From contig JBALDB010000027.1 in NCBI GenBank assembly GCA_036918135.1, positions 1-64,000 of the forward strand: a stretch of DNA of 64,000 nt, in the 5' to 3' direction. Within the stretch, counting starts at the first letter, position 1; the number at the start of each line of letters is the position of its first letter. Of this stretch, positions 9,874-20,418 are shown in pieces. The DNA is from Nostoc sp. (GTDB taxonomy: Bacteria; Cyanobacteriota; Cyanobacteriia; Cyanobacteriales; Nostocaceae). The notes beneath the pieces were generated by a model, which did not search any database, was not told the origin of the DNA, and saw nothing but the letters and a program-made list of their open reading frames with translations. A program made the translations under genes and the position numbers.

Positions 9874-10320
9874 TTAAAAAGCGTTATCTTCTCTATCTTC
9901 ATTATCATTGCCGTTATATTTAATAAACCAATTTGTACTACTAACAATTCCTGCTGTTAGACACTGGGTTTTGATCCTTTGTAGTTTCTCGTTTACTCTA
10001 GTTTGAAGAGAGTCTAAAATTCGTTCAGCCTTTTCTATCATTGCAGCTACATATTGCCTCATTTTTGAAGTATCCTCTGTATTCGCCCAAAAATCTTTTT
10101 GCTCCTCAAACCATATTTCTGCTCTACTGACTTCATCAAATGTATAACCTAGTTCTCGTATGGCTTCGTCATTAAGCTGATCGGCTATACATACACGCAT
10201 ACGCCATAAACAATCTTCTAAAGTCCCATAATAGTAGTCTTGCTTTTCACCTTCAGGTGCGTTATTGTCCTGTCTTACAAACATCCACGTACTCTCATCT
10301 GGGAATTTGCTATTAACCAT
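9874..10320 (-). CDS. Hypothetical protein
   Basis: 148-aa ATG ORF with AAGG upstream; no family recognised. Confidence 0.55.
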   Translation of the reverse strand: MVNSKFPDESTWMFVRQDNNAPEGEKQDYYYGTLEDCLWRMRVCIADQLNDEAIRELGYTFDEVSRAEIWFEEQKDFWANTEDTSKMRQYVAAMIEKAERILDSLQTRVNEKLQRIKTQCLTAGIVSSTNWFIKYNGNDNEDREDNAF

Positions 10321-10478
10321 AAGCCTTTTCGTTATGAAATGCGTTCTTTACGACATTAGTCCTAGACATCAGATTGTAAAGTAAAAGTATTACAGTAATT
10401 AGCTGTTGTATTGTAGAAAAGTGCTGAAAATGTAACAACGCGATATCTTAGAAGTGGAAAATACTATAATTGAAGCCC

Positions 10479-10853
10479 ATGTCTGCTAAAGATGTCTTTC
10501 ATGAAGTTGTGAAAATAGCTTTACAAAAAGACGGCTGGCAGATAACTCATGACCCGCTATTGTTTAATGTGGGTGGTGTAAAAATGTCGATTGATTTAGC
10601 AGCAGAAAAACTGATTGCAGCGGAACGAGAAAATGAAAAAATAGCTGTTGAAGTGAAGAGTTTTCTAGAACAATCTTCTGTTATTTCAGAATTTCACACT
10701 GCTTTGGGACAATTTATCAATTACAGAGGCGCATTAAAGCGACGAGATCCAGAACGGATTTTATATTTAGCAGTACCTTTAACGACTTATAGAACATTTT
10801 TTAAACTGGATTTTCCTAAAGAAGAAGTATTCTATTTAATCAACAAAACTTGA
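10479..10853 (+). CDS. xisH: XisH-family protein, apparently C-terminally shortened, no xisI partner
   Basis: MSAKDVFHEVVK..LQKDGWQITHDP, IDLAAEKLIAAER..KIAVEVKSF, FHTALGQFINYR. Confidence 0.8.
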   Translation: MSAKDVFHEVVKIALQKDGWQITHDPLLFNVGGVKMSIDLAAEKLIAAERENEKIAVEVKSFLEQSSVISEFHTALGQFINYRGALKRRDPERILYLAVPLTTYRTFFKLDFPKEEVFYLINKT

Positions 10854-11181
10854 GCGAAGTTTTTATGGCTAAAAATATATGTAATTATAAATGTGAAAAG
10901 TTACTAAGTCAATAAATGCATATACTTAAATCAATGATGATTTAATTTTTTAGGTTTGTTAGGCCGAACAAAAGACAACAGAAGTTCGGAACTATTAATA
11001 ATCACAGAATACAATTGCATAATTAAAATGAATATTTTCACAAAAAAGCGATCGGCCTTCATCACCTAACGTCAAGCTATTGTTTCAGAACTACACTAGG
11101 AACATCAGCCAGAACTCATAAACAAAACTGTATATCTTGGTAGCATTGAATGAAGTACCCGTCAGCAATGGAGCGAGGGCG

Positions 11182-11805
11182 ATGTACGCAACTGTTACAC
11201 AACCACTGACTTTTCAAGAGTTTCTTGTCTGGGATGATGGTTCGGGCAGAGAGTTTGAGCTATTGGATGGGATTCCTGTACCGTTATCAGAACCAAATGC
11301 AAATCATGAAGATTTGATAGAACGGTTGTGTGCCTACTTAGAAAATCACTGCCAAGAGAATGACTTACCTTATGTGTCACGCCAGTCCAAGCAGGTTCGG
11401 CTGAAGACAGCACCACCAGAAAAGGAAAAAAGCCGCAAAGCAGATATTGTCATATTTGCAAAAGAAGAATGGCAGAGGATGAAAACTAGCTCTAGTTTTG
11501 CTGCTGCATATATTCTACCACCGGGAATTATTGAGGTGGTTAGCAACAACTGGAAGGATGACTACCTGACAAAACTTGCTGAATATGAAGACTTGGGCGT
11601 TTTAGAATATATCATTGTTGACTATGCTGCTTTTGGTGGGATTCGGTTCATTGGCTCTCCCAAGCAACCAACCATTACAATCTACCAACTTGAAGATGGA
11701 GAGTATTTACCCGCAAAGGTGTTTCGAGGGCAAGAGCGAATTGATTCTAGATTATTTCCCAATATTCTCTTAACGGCTGAAGAGATTTTTGCAATGAGTC
11801 GCTGA
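11182..11805 (+). CDS. Uma2-family (PD-(D/E)xK) endonuclease-like protein
   Basis: FELLDG, RKADIV, IEVVS..W.DDY..K..EY..LGV.EY.IVD. Confidence 0.85.
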   Translation: MYATVTQPLTFQEFLVWDDGSGREFELLDGIPVPLSEPNANHEDLIERLCAYLENHCQENDLPYVSRQSKQVRLKTAPPEKEKSRKADIVIFAKEEWQRMKTSSSFAAAYILPPGIIEVVSNNWKDDYLTKLAEYEDLGVLEYIIVDYAAFGGIRFIGSPKQPTITIYQLEDGEYLPAKVFRGQERIDSRLFPNILLTAEEIFAMSR

Positions 11806-11895
11806 TTATCAACGAAGAAATTTATTCTAATCGTCTTCTTGTCATAATCGCCAAACGGTAATTAAATCATCTATCGCATTCTTATTTCAAATTGG

Positions 11896-12002
11896 TAAGT
11901 AGGTCAACATTGAAAAACATAAGATAGAATCTTTGTGATTACTTGGCTTGACTCCGTTATGCTCGTAATGACATTTCACATTTGATTAGGTTGAGCTAGT
12001 TA
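11896..12002. mobile_element. Degenerate MITE-like element
   Basis: Ends TAAGTAGGTCAAC / GTTGAGCTAGTTA (11/13 inverted match). Confidence 0.45.
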
Positions 12003-12034
12003 TTAATATCAACTTTATGCAGCTTTATCACCTG

Positions 12035-12063
12035 AAAAAAAAGATGGGTATTTCACCCATCCT
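12035..12063 (-). terminator. Terminator of HtrA protease gene
   Basis: On minus strand GATGGGT-gaaat-ACCCATC followed by T8. Confidence 0.7.
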
Positions 12064-12090
12064 TTAAATTTCACCTTGACTCAAAAACTT

Positions 12091-13356
12091 TTATTGTACT
12101 TGGGCGGGGAAAGCGCCAGGCTGCACCGCTAGGCTAATATTCTGCCCATTACGACGTAACTCTAGGCGTAAATCTCCCCCAACTTGACTATTTTCTACAG
12201 CCTTTTGGACGCTACTGGCATCTGTAACTGATTGACCGCCCAGTTTTTGGATAACATCACCAGCACGTATCCCAGCTTTAGCGGCTGGGGAATTTGGCAT
12301 AACTTTTACAACTAATACACCTTTATCTTCATTCACATTCAAACCACTATTAGGATCTGAGTTGATATTTTGTTTGAGTTGAGGCGTTAAGCCCACCATC
12401 TGAATTCCTAAATAAGGATGTTGAACTTTGCCTGTAGCTATTAATTGACTAGAAATGTGTTGTGCTGTATTGATGGGAATGGCAAAGCCTAATCCTTGTG
12501 CCCCTTGGATAATGGCAGTATTCATACCGATTACCTGGCCACGGAAATTCAGTAAAGGGCCGCCGGAGTTACCGGGGTTAATTGCGGCGTCGGTTTGAAT
12601 ATACTCTACTCGTTTATCAGGAGCGCCGATTTGATTGCTAGTGCGTCCAGTGGCACTGATGATTCCGGTTGTTACTGTATTATCTAGCCCAAGGGGATTG
12701 CCGATCGCGATCGCCCATTCTCCTGGTTGCAGTTGGTCTGAGTTACCCAAAGCTACTGTCGGCAAATTATCTGCTTGAATCTTCACCACAGCCACATCAG
12801 TTAACTCATCTTTTCCTAGCACCTTACCTTGCATGGTGCGCCCATCCTTGAGTGTCACTGTCACCGTATCCGCCCCATCTACCACGTGGGCGTTTGTGAG
12901 AATACGACCGTCAGCACTAATGATAAAACCTGAACCAGTACCCCGTTCTACCCGATCTTGTTGTTGTGGGAGTTGGGAACCAAAAAAGCGCTGAAAAAAC
13001 GGATCGCTGCTAAATTCATCTGGTAACTGACTTTTTACGGTTCGGGAAGAGTCAATCCGCACTACGGCCGGCCCCACCTTTTGCACCACCTGTGTAACAA
13101 AATTAGGATCTGTGGTAGCTGGTATTGGAGGAGCAGCATTAACTCGACTGACTGCCAAATTAGATGCAGTCTTAGACACCTGCTGCGGGTGTCCAGCCAG
13201 ATAGCCGCCTGCTAATGTCATACCCGATCCCATTAGCACCAACGACAGAGAGGCAGCAGCCTTTTTCCACGGTGCTGGATTATGGTATTTGGCGTCAGCA
13301 GTATTAGATAAAATGCTATTTGATGGGTGTTTTCCTTCGTGAGATTGGTTTTGCAT
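12091..13356 (-). CDS. HtrA/DegP-family (HhoA/HhoB-like) serine protease with PDZ domain
   Basis: [28 protein letters not shown]-terminal PDZ. Confidence 0.95.
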   Translation of the reverse strand: MQNQSHEGKHPSNSILSNTADAKYHNPAPWKKAAASLSLVLMGSGMTLAGGYLAGHPQQVSKTASNLAVSRVNAAPPIPATTDPNFVTQVVQKVGPAVVRIDSSRTVKSQLPDEFSSDPFFQRFFGSQLPQQQDRVERGTGSGFIISADGRILTNAHVVDGADTVTVTLKDGRTMQGKVLGKDELTDVAVVKIQADNLPTVALGNSDQLQPGEWAIAIGNPLGLDNTVTTGIISATGRTSNQIGAPDKRVEYIQTDAAINPGNSGGPLLNFRGQVIGMNTAIIQGAQGLGFAIPINTAQHISSQLIATGKVQHPYLGIQMVGLTPQLKQNINSDPNSGLNVNEDKGVLVVKVMPNSPAAKAGIRAGDVIQKLGGQSVTDASSVQKAVENSQVGGDLRLELRRNGQNISLAVQPGAFPAQVQ

Positions 13357-13839
13357 TGCTGTTTGGAAGCATATCTTAGTATGTATTAATAATGTAGATA
13401 TTATTTATGACAGTTTTGTTGCAGAGGTATTGAGTTATTGTGAAACGTCCGGTTTTTTATACTAAAGAACTTAAGAGCTAGAATGACAAGTGTACCATAT
13501 TTAAATTCGTGACTTTAGTCATAGGTATCTTGAGAATTTACTGTGTCAATTTTAAATTTGGGATTTTGAATAATAGAATTTTTTGATACTCTCACTATAC
13601 AAACAAGCTAGATGTCTCGTGGCTTGTAGCTGGAGTAAATGTTATAGATGTTGCTTTATAGCTAACCCTTGGCGAGCGCAAATTTAAAATCCTTACATTA
13701 ATTGACCAATTCAGCAATTCTAACTCTTCTTTCTATTCGTGATATTATTTAATTGCAAATACATATATTGGAGTTGATAAAAATTTAATTAACCTAATAT
13801 AAAAAATTAAAATATTTCAGTATACTTGAATGTAGAAAA

Positions 13840-14730
13840 ATGGTAGAAAATAAAATATTACTTAAGCCTGACACTTTATGGGCAAGTGTTAAAGAACAGA
13901 CTGAATATGCTTTAAGATGTGGGGCGCTGTTGTCGATACCGACAGAATTTGAATTTGTGGAAGACGATGGCGTGCGCTTTTTAGTGCGGATTTTGTCTAA
14001 CTTGAATCGCAAAAAGGCAGCCAAAGAAAAACAAGAAAAACAATCTACTTTAGGTCAAGAGTTTAACCCTTTCTTGCCTTACGATGAAGATTTATTTGTG
14101 GCAGATATTTCTGATACTCATATATGTGTTTTAAATAAATTCAATGTTGTTGATTATCATTTGCTAATTATTACCCGCAAGTTTGAGGAACAGGAAAGTT
14201 TACTCACCTTGGAAGATTTTACGGCAATGTGGGCATGTCTAGCTGATTTTGATGGTTTAGGATTCTACAACAGTGGCAAAAGCGCAGGTGCCAGTCAGCG
14301 ACACAAGCACTTACAATTAGTGCCACTACCACTTGCACCTGAAGGATTGCAGATACCTATTGAACCTCTGCTAAAGGAAGCACAATTTCAGAACTCTATC
14401 GTAATACCAAAACTTCCTTTTTTACATGCTTTCGCACCTCTAAATCCCCATTGGGTGGAATCTCCATTCATAGGGGGTGAAGCAACACTGGAAGTTTATC
14501 ATACCTTATTAGAAGCTGTTGGGTTAGATCCAACGCAATTGGGTGCTTACAATTTGCTAATGACACGAGAATGGATGTTGATTGTACCGCGATCGCAAGA
14601 GCATTTCCACACCATTTCTGTGAATTCCTTAGGATTTGCTGGTGCTTTGCTAGTAAAGAATGCAGACGAAATGCAACTTCTCAAAGAACAAGGGCCAATG
14701 ACTATCTTGAGGAATGTTGCGATATCTTAA
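13840..14730 (+). CDS. ATP adenylyltransferase / Ap4A phosphorylase family
   Basis: NPFLPY, LNKFNV, FYNSG..AGASQ.HKHLQ, SVNSLGFAG. Confidence 0.88.
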   Translation: MVENKILLKPDTLWASVKEQTEYALRCGALLSIPTEFEFVEDDGVRFLVRILSNLNRKKAAKEKQEKQSTLGQEFNPFLPYDEDLFVADISDTHICVLNKFNVVDYHLLIITRKFEEQESLLTLEDFTAMWACLADFDGLGFYNSGKSAGASQRHKHLQLVPLPLAPEGLQIPIEPLLKEAQFQNSIVIPKLPFLHAFAPLNPHWVESPFIGGEATLEVYHTLLEAVGLDPTQLGAYNLLMTREWMLIVPRSQEHFHTISVNSLGFAGALLVKNADEMQLLKEQGPMTILRNVAIS

Positions 14731-14934
14731 TTGTCATTTGTTATTTGTCATTGGTTATTCTCCGCGTCATCATGTCCCCGCGTCAGTCTAAACATTATTG
14801 CTGACGCTTACGCTTATAGCACTGCCAAAGTTTATCGCCTACTAAAATTAAGATTCCGAGCGCCAAGCCAAAAAGTATCAGGGTTTTTGTCAACGACATA
14901 AACTCAAAGCAAAATTAGCCGCAAATAGATACGC

Positions 14935-15117
14935 ACTTTGGCTTAGTTGATCAGTTGACACTTACACGAGCAGTGCCAGGTATTGGGTTAACAGAGCTGT
15001 GTGGATTTGATGGGCACTCTTAGATATAAGAGGGAAACCTCTCCCGGTTCCTAAAGGTGTACTTTCCTGCCAAAGGTTCGGTAGTTTCCCGGTTCCAACT
15101 CCCTACACAAGTTGCAC
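14935..15117 (-). ncRNA. ssrS: 6S RNA (SsaA); ends approximate
   Basis: Minus strand ACTTGTGTAGGGAGTTGGAACCGGGAAACTACCGA...CCTGGCACTGCTCGTGTAAGT: complementary ends, rod-like, recalled similarity to cyanobacterial 6S; -10 TAGGAT just upstream. Confidence 0.75.
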
Positions 15118-15310
15118 AAGATAATCCTAGCTTTTCAGTTATCTGACGGCGAATTGCTTGTAAAACATTCCACAGCATTGGTTATTACCCTAAGTTGCAG
15201 CACTCTTGGCTTTAATGGATGTATTCTTCACTTTATAAACCAGCAATTCTGCAAATCAGCATCAATTGTATCTTGTTTGACTACTAGGCAGTTTGCTTCT
15301 GTAATGTTTT

Positions 15311-15512
15311 GATATTCATTAATGGAGTTCAAATACTCTTTAATGGAGTTCAGATACTCTTTAATGAGGCTCAACTACTCATTAATGAGGTTCAGATACT
15401 CATTAATGGAGTTCAAATACTCTTTAATGAGGCTCAAATACTCATTAATGGAGTTCAAATACTCTTTAATGGAGTTCAAATACTCTTTAATGGAGTTCAG
15501 ATACTCTTAATC
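15311..15512. repeat. 21-bp tandem array, 9 full units
   Basis: Units C[A/T]TTAATG[GA/AG]G[T/C]TCA..TACT at 15317-15505. Confidence 0.95.
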
Positions 15513-15530
15513 CAAGCTTGCTCCAAAAAT

Positions 15531-15563
15531 AGATCCCCGACTTTTTAGAAAAATCGGGGATCT
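15531..15563. repeat. REP-like hairpin
   Basis: AGATCCCCGA...TCGGGGATCT perfect 10-bp stem. Confidence 0.75.
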
Positions 15564-15579
15564 GAATTTTTTCAACTGC

Positions 15580-15853
15580 TTATTGCATTAAAATCTAACG
15601 AATTAAAATACTCATCACTTCGTCAGGGTTGCTAGTCGGTACTAATGGACTCCAGTCGCCAGCGCTAGCGTAGCCAACGACTTGTAGATAGTGAATTGTA
15701 CTGGTAACTGCTTTTGAAGAACCCATCAATCGGTTCTCTTTTGGGTAATGGATTTTGAGCAGGTTGATTTAAGGCTGGTATATTTATGTTTTCGCTACCC
15801 AAGTATTGTTGCAGTTGAGATTGATTTTATAGAAACTCTGATTCTTGTGCCAT
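15580..15853 (-). pseudogene. Decayed small cyanobacterial hypothetical gene
   Basis: MAQESEFL*NQSQ...PKREPI, frameshift, then GSSKAVTSTIHYLQVVGYASAGDWSPLVPTSNPDEVMSILIR*ILMQ*. Confidence 0.65.
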
Positions 15854-16084
15854 GAGGTGAATTCTCTCTCAGAATGAGGGTTTAGGGAAAGGTGATGGCA
15901 GGCTCTTGGCGGAGGGCGATCGCCTTTCTTATCCTTTTTAAAAAGTATATTTTTATACCTATAAATTGTTTTAACTAAAAATAATCACCATTTATCAGCA
16001 ATTTTTTGAATAATTTTATTTAAATTTGATATTTTGGGAGATTAAATCAGCAAAAGCTGCAATTATTTTCTTAAAGCAAGCTTT

Positions 16085-16172
16085 TACATAATGTCCGGCA
16101 AATTACCCCTATATGTTATTGCGTTCGCCAAAGGCGAACACAATGACGGGTATTTTAACGGACATGATATTA
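16085..16172. mobile_element. MITE-like inverted-repeat element
   Basis: ATAATGTCCGGCAAATTACCC / GGGTATTTTAACGGACATGAT imperfect TIRs enclosing a GTTCGCC/GGCGAAC hairpin. Confidence 0.55.
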
Positions 16173-16284
16173 CTTTACTTATTTCGGGTTTTCCGCGAGT
16201 AAAATCAGTTAGTTTCAACTTAAGCCTTGGTGAGTGGAATTTACCGCTACCCGCCTGCGCGTAATACGGTTCGGTTAAGGCAAC

Positions 16285-16349
16285 AGACACGATAAATCGC
16301 CGTCTCTACAATAATCAATCTTTTGCAGAGACGGCGATTTATCGCGTCT
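16285..16349. repeat. REP-like inverted pair
   Basis: AGACACGATAAATCGCCGTCTCTACA / TGCAGAGACGGCGATTTATCGCGTCT; partial copy at ~16932-16957. Confidence 0.8.
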
Positions 16350-16389
16350 TTGAAATGTAAATTCTAAATTCTGTATTCTAAATTCTTAT

Positions 16390-16845
16390 TTAAGAAGCCA
16401 TTAAAGCATCTAATCTTCCCAACACTGCCATATCTTCTGCATCGAATTCTACTGGTATTCCACTGCGAATTAATTCGGAAAAGTCTTCATTCGGAACCAT
16501 TACAGTTAGGGTATATAAGCGAGAGGAACCTGTATTTTTAATCAAATGCGTACCAGTGGGAGGAACTAATAAACTATCTCCAGTTTTGATGTTAGCAATC
16601 TTGCCGTCACACATAGCTGTTCCTTCACCTTTGAGGACAAAAAACATTTCCACTGCCCACTGATGGCGATTTGGTGGTGTTTGTCCGCCAACATCAAAAA
16701 TTTCTACGCAGCAAGTTAAGGAAGTATTTGCATTAGTGGAATCGAAGATAATTGCTAAGCGATTAGAGTCGTTAGGACTGATGCGATATACTTGGTAATC
16801 TTCGGGAGATTTGATAATAGGAATTACACAACGAGTAGCTTGCAT
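16390..16845 (-). CDS. Cupin domain protein
   Basis: TPPNRH..AVEMFFVLKGEG...GDSLLVPPTGTH. Confidence 0.88.
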   Translation of the reverse strand: MQATRCVIPIIKSPEDYQVYRISPNDSNRLAIIFDSTNANTSLTCCVEIFDVGGQTPPNRHQWAVEMFFVLKGEGTAMCDGKIANIKTGDSLLVPPTGTHLIKNTGSSRLYTLTVMVPNEDFSELIRSGIPVEFDAEDMAVLGRLDALMAS

Positions 16846-16945
16846 TTATTTATCTCCTTGAAGTTATTGATGGTTATGAAAATTTTATTTATTAATCTCA
16901 CGCCGAGGCGCACAAATGAGACGAATTATCTTGTACAGACACGAT

Positions 16946-17725
16946 TCATCGCGTCTCCTCACTCAGCACTTTTAAAATCGCTTGAGAATCTGTAACAAAA
17001 CCGAAGCATTGTTTGACGTTGTACAATGTCGCCAGCCAACAATATTCAGGTGATGTTGTGGCGGTACAGTCTTTGACTAATATGCAGTCATATCCTAAGA
17101 AGTTAGCATCACATAATGTAGTTAGCACGCATTGGTCAGCGTTGACACCAGCAAAAAATAGTGTCGTCTTTCCAAGATTCTTCAAGATACTATCTAAGGG
17201 AGTGTCCCAAAAGCCACTCATCCGGTACTTGTCTACACGAATATCTTCTGGTAGCGGTTGTAGTTCGTCTATCACTGCTGCTGCCCAACTACCCGCCATC
17301 AGTACTTTAGCTCCGTTTTTAGGTAAGGGATCGCCTAAGCCTACGCCCTCGCCTGTAGGGTTGTAGACGTGAAGCGAAGCTGCACTAATGTTGAGTAAGT
17401 CGGGGCGATTCCCCCAATTTAGCCAAATTATTGGAATCCCAACAGCACGCAGTTCTGGCAGTAAGCTGTTTAAAGGTTCGATGGGCTGACGCGCTGGAGT
17501 GACATCGACGCCGATATGCGCTAACCAACCGTCAGGGTGACAGAAGTCGTTTTGCATATCAATGACGACGATCGCAGCTTTTGCCAAGTCTAGACGCAGC
17601 GTTTTGGTTTCTGTTGCTAAGATAACGGGTTGTGGAGTCTTTTGAGGACGAGTGATATCTGCAATGGCATCATTCACTGTCCACGCATTTGGCGAAACTC
17701 CCAGCGTCCGTAATGGTAAGTTCAT
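16946..17725 (-). CDS. Cysteine hydrolase (isochorismatase superfamily, RutB-like)
   Basis: VIDMQNDF, K.RMSGF, GVNADQCV catalytic D-K-C triad. Confidence 0.9.
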   Translation of the reverse strand: MNLPLRTLGVSPNAWTVNDAIADITRPQKTPQPVILATETKTLRLDLAKAAIVVIDMQNDFCHPDGWLAHIGVDVTPARQPIEPLNSLLPELRAVGIPIIWLNWGNRPDLLNISAASLHVYNPTGEGVGLGDPLPKNGAKVLMAGSWAAAVIDELQPLPEDIRVDKYRMSGFWDTPLDSILKNLGKTTLFFAGVNADQCVLTTLCDANFLGYDCILVKDCTATTSPEYCWLATLYNVKQCFGFVTDSQAILKVLSEETR

Positions 17726-17912
17726 AAAATTGCAATAGCCGATACCATTTTCTATGTTGTAGCTTGAAATTCAGTTTAGGAGACGATTACTGAATCAAGA
17801 TATGTTAAGTTTCACTATTTTGGAGGAGCAAAAAGTAATTACTGTGCGTATTCTCCACATCCAGACGCTGCATAGCAAATCATCTGAGCTTCGGCTACCT
17901 GCGTCAGATGAG

Positions 17913-18058
17913 TTACAGCAGTTTTGATTTGGATGAAGTACAAAGTTACGGGTTTTGAGGCAGGAGGCAGTTCTTGCTGGAGGCAGAAGGTAGAAACTCT
18001 TTACATTTGATAAATCAGTCCTGCATTTTGTACCTCACTCACTTGCAATCTGCTGTAA
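17913..18058. mobile_element. MITE-like element
   Basis: TTACAGCAG...GTACAAA / TTTGTAC...CTGCTGTAA terminal inverted repeats. Confidence 0.6.
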
Positions 18059-18080
18059 GTTCAATATATTAGGAAGGTGA

Positions 18081-18344
18081 TTAAGCTCGTTGACGAAATA
18101 AGCCTGTCATACTTAAACCAGTAATCAATAAGCCGACTAATCCCAAACCATTTAAAAGCGGATAAATTTTCTCTAAATGTAATATTTCTAAAGTATGTAA
18201 TCCCAAGAGAAATTCGCCCAACTCATCTTGGTGTAACCATTCATGGGCAATGGTAAAACTCATACCAGTTAGCACAGTGAGAAATAATGGCAGACACAGC
18301 ACGATCGCAATCTGACGATGGTAGCGCCGAAACATTCGAGTCAT
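18081..18344 (-). CDS. Small two-TM PepSY-associated-type membrane protein
   Basis: FRRYHR.IA...LPL.LTVLTG, L.LH...YP.LNGLGL. Confidence 0.7.
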   Translation of the reverse strand: MTRMFRRYHRQIAIVLCLPLFLTVLTGMSFTIAHEWLHQDELGEFLLGLHTLEILHLEKIYPLLNGLGLVGLLITGLSMTGLFRQRA

Positions 18345-18511
18345 AAACAATTCCCGAAAAAGTAACTTTCTTATCAGTTTTGCACTAATATCAAGTTTGG
18401 TTGAATACTTATGATATCTGTGAGGGTCTGGTGATGGGTAATGGGGAATGGGTAAACCTTCTTTTTCCCAATTACCAATTACCAATTACCAAAAACACCA
18501 ACCATATTATA

Positions 18512-18629
18512 AGTACAGTATTTCATTAGTTCGTAACAAATTCTTTGCGTCCCTCTGCGTTTACTCTGCGCTCCTTTGCGTTTAAATTTTAACCCCCAAT
18601 TCGCCACGATTTGACGCAAAGCTGTACTA
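18512..18629. mobile_element. MITE-like element
   Basis: AGTACAG...CTGTACT ends with internal CTCTGCG repeats. Confidence 0.45.
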
Positions 18630-18666
18630 AATTTAAATCTAAAATGGAATAAAAATCTCTTCACCC

Positions 18667-20418
18667 TCACTCCCTACTCCCTACCTCATCTGTAGAGTAA
18701 AACTGTTGGGCATAAAAACGGGCATAGCGTCCTTCCTGAGACAACAGGGAGGTGTGGCTACCGGCTTCAACCACTTGTCCTTGTTCGAGTACGAAAATGC
18801 AGTCAGCCCGCCGAACGCTACTCAAACGATGGGCAATAATAAACACGGTACGGTTTTGCATCACTCGCTCTAGTGCTTCTTGAACTAGTGCTTCTGACTC
18901 GGAATCTAAGGCAGAGGTGGCTTCATCCAAGATTAGAATTCGGGGATCGTTGACAATTGCTCTGGCGATCGCTAATCTTTGGCGTTGTCCTCCAGATAAG
19001 TTAACTCCCCGCTCGCCTACCCAGCTATGGTAACCTTGGGAAAATTGGGTAATAAAGGAGTGAGCGTTAGCAATCTTTGCTGCTGCTTCAATTGCTGCTA
19101 AATTTAATTCTTCCTGACCGTAACCGATATTTTCAGCGATCGTTCCTGAAAAAAGCGTAATTTCTTGGGGAACAATGCCGATTTGTTGCCGTAAGCTAGT
19201 GAGCGTGACATCGCGGATATCAATATCATCAATCAAAATTTCACCCGCTTGGGGATCGTAGAAGCGAAGTAAAAGGCTAATTAATGTCGATTTCCCCGCC
19301 CCAGAAGAACCAACCAAGGCAACGACATTACCTGGAGAAGCGTGTAGATTCAGATCCTTGAGGACTGGCTGACCAAGATTGTAAGCGAAATTGACATGAC
19401 GATACTCTACCTTGCCGACAACTCGTGGTAGTTTCTTAGCATTCGACTTTTCGTCTAAACTGGGCTGCTCCGTCATCAGTTCAAAGATGCGTTCTACGGA
19501 AGCCTCAGTCTGTTTGTACTCGTTGTAATTGCTAATTAACAGGTCGATTGGCTGAATCAATATAGCCACAGCAGCTAAGAAACTGATAAACCCTTGAGCT
19601 GTCAGCTGATTTTGAGAAATCTGCCATCCTCCCAATAGAAACAGCAGCATAATACTAACTGCTTCTAAAAAACCGACAACCGGAAACTGGATAGATTTGA
19701 GTTGTAGAGCGCGATACTTAACTTGGCGATTGCGTTCTGCTTCCCGATTAAATCGCTTGATTTCATATCCTTGTGCGGCAAAAGCTTGAACGACGCGAAT
19801 CCCACCAAATACTTCAGTTAGCAGCGCCGACAAATTGGAAACCTGGTTTTGACTCTGACGAGATAGCACAAGTAATCGCTGACCAAATAGCCCAATTAAC
19901 CAAGCCATCAAGGGAGCTAAAATCAAACCAGCAAGGGTGAGTTGCCAATTGAGGTAGAGCATGTAAATGGGAATCGCAATTAACTGCAAGAGATTGGAAA
20001 GAAACTGATGCGATAACTTGTCTACAATCTCGCCTACGCGATCGATATCTTCAGTCAATCGATAAGTCAGGTCACCTGTCTGTGTGGTTTCAAAGTAATC
20101 TAATCCAAGTTTATGCAGGTGAGCGTAAACCCGCTTACGCAAGTTTAAAACCATATTCAGAGCAGCAGCGATCATAAAGACATTCTGCCCGTATTGACAA
20201 AGTCCTCGAACTAAAAAGACCAAAGTAGCCAGTCCGAGCCAGTAGGCAATCTGGTTAACATTTCCCTGACCGACAAAAAAAGCGACCTGACCTACTATGT
20301 AAGGCAGTGCTACAGTCAGCAACACGAATCCTAAAATACAAGCCAATCCCCGAACTAACAGCGACCATTGGGGCCACAGATAAGGTAACAGTTGCCAGTA
20401 ACTAGAGCGGACTTTCAT
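18667..20418 (-). CDS. ABC exporter, fused TMD-NBD (MsbA-like)
   Basis: 6-TM N-terminus; GSSGAGKS, LSGGQRQR, ILILDEATSALD. Confidence 0.93.
   Translation of the reverse strand: MKVRSSYWQLLPYLWPQWSLLVRGLACILGFVLLTVALPYIVGQVAFFVGQGNVNQIAYWLGLATLVFLVRGLCQYGQNVFMIAAALNMVLNLRKRVYAHLHKLGLDYFETTQTGDLTYRLTEDIDRVGEIVDKLSHQFLSNLLQLIAIPIYMLYLNWQLTLAGLILAPLMAWLIGLFGQRLLVLSRQSQNQVSNLSALLTEVFGGIRVVQAFAAQGYEIKRFNREAERNRQVKYRALQLKSIQFPVVGFLEAVSIMLLFLLGGWQISQNQLTAQGFISFLAAVAILIQPIDLLISNYNEYKQTEASVERIFELMTEQPSLDEKSNAKKLPRVVGKVEYRHVNFAYNLGQPVLKDLNLHASPGNVVALVGSSGAGKSTLISLLLRFYDPQAGEILIDDIDIRDVTLTSLRQQIGIVPQEITLFSGTIAENIGYGQEELNLAAIEAAAKIANAHSFITQFSQGYHSWVGERGVNLSGGQRQRLAIARAIVNDPRILILDEATSALDSESEALVQEALERVMQNRTVFIIAHRLSSVRRADCIFVLEQGQVVEAGSHTSLLSQEGRYARFYAQQFYSTDEVGSRE

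Noticed and set aside
9836..10364. MITE ends capturing the 148-aa ORF
   Set aside because: Right end matches the expected inverted repeat too weakly
10479..10853. fdxN-type excision element
   Set aside because: No recombinase, xisI or interrupted gene nearby
15311..15512. CRISPR array
   Set aside because: Contiguous 21-bp units with no unique spacers and no cas genes
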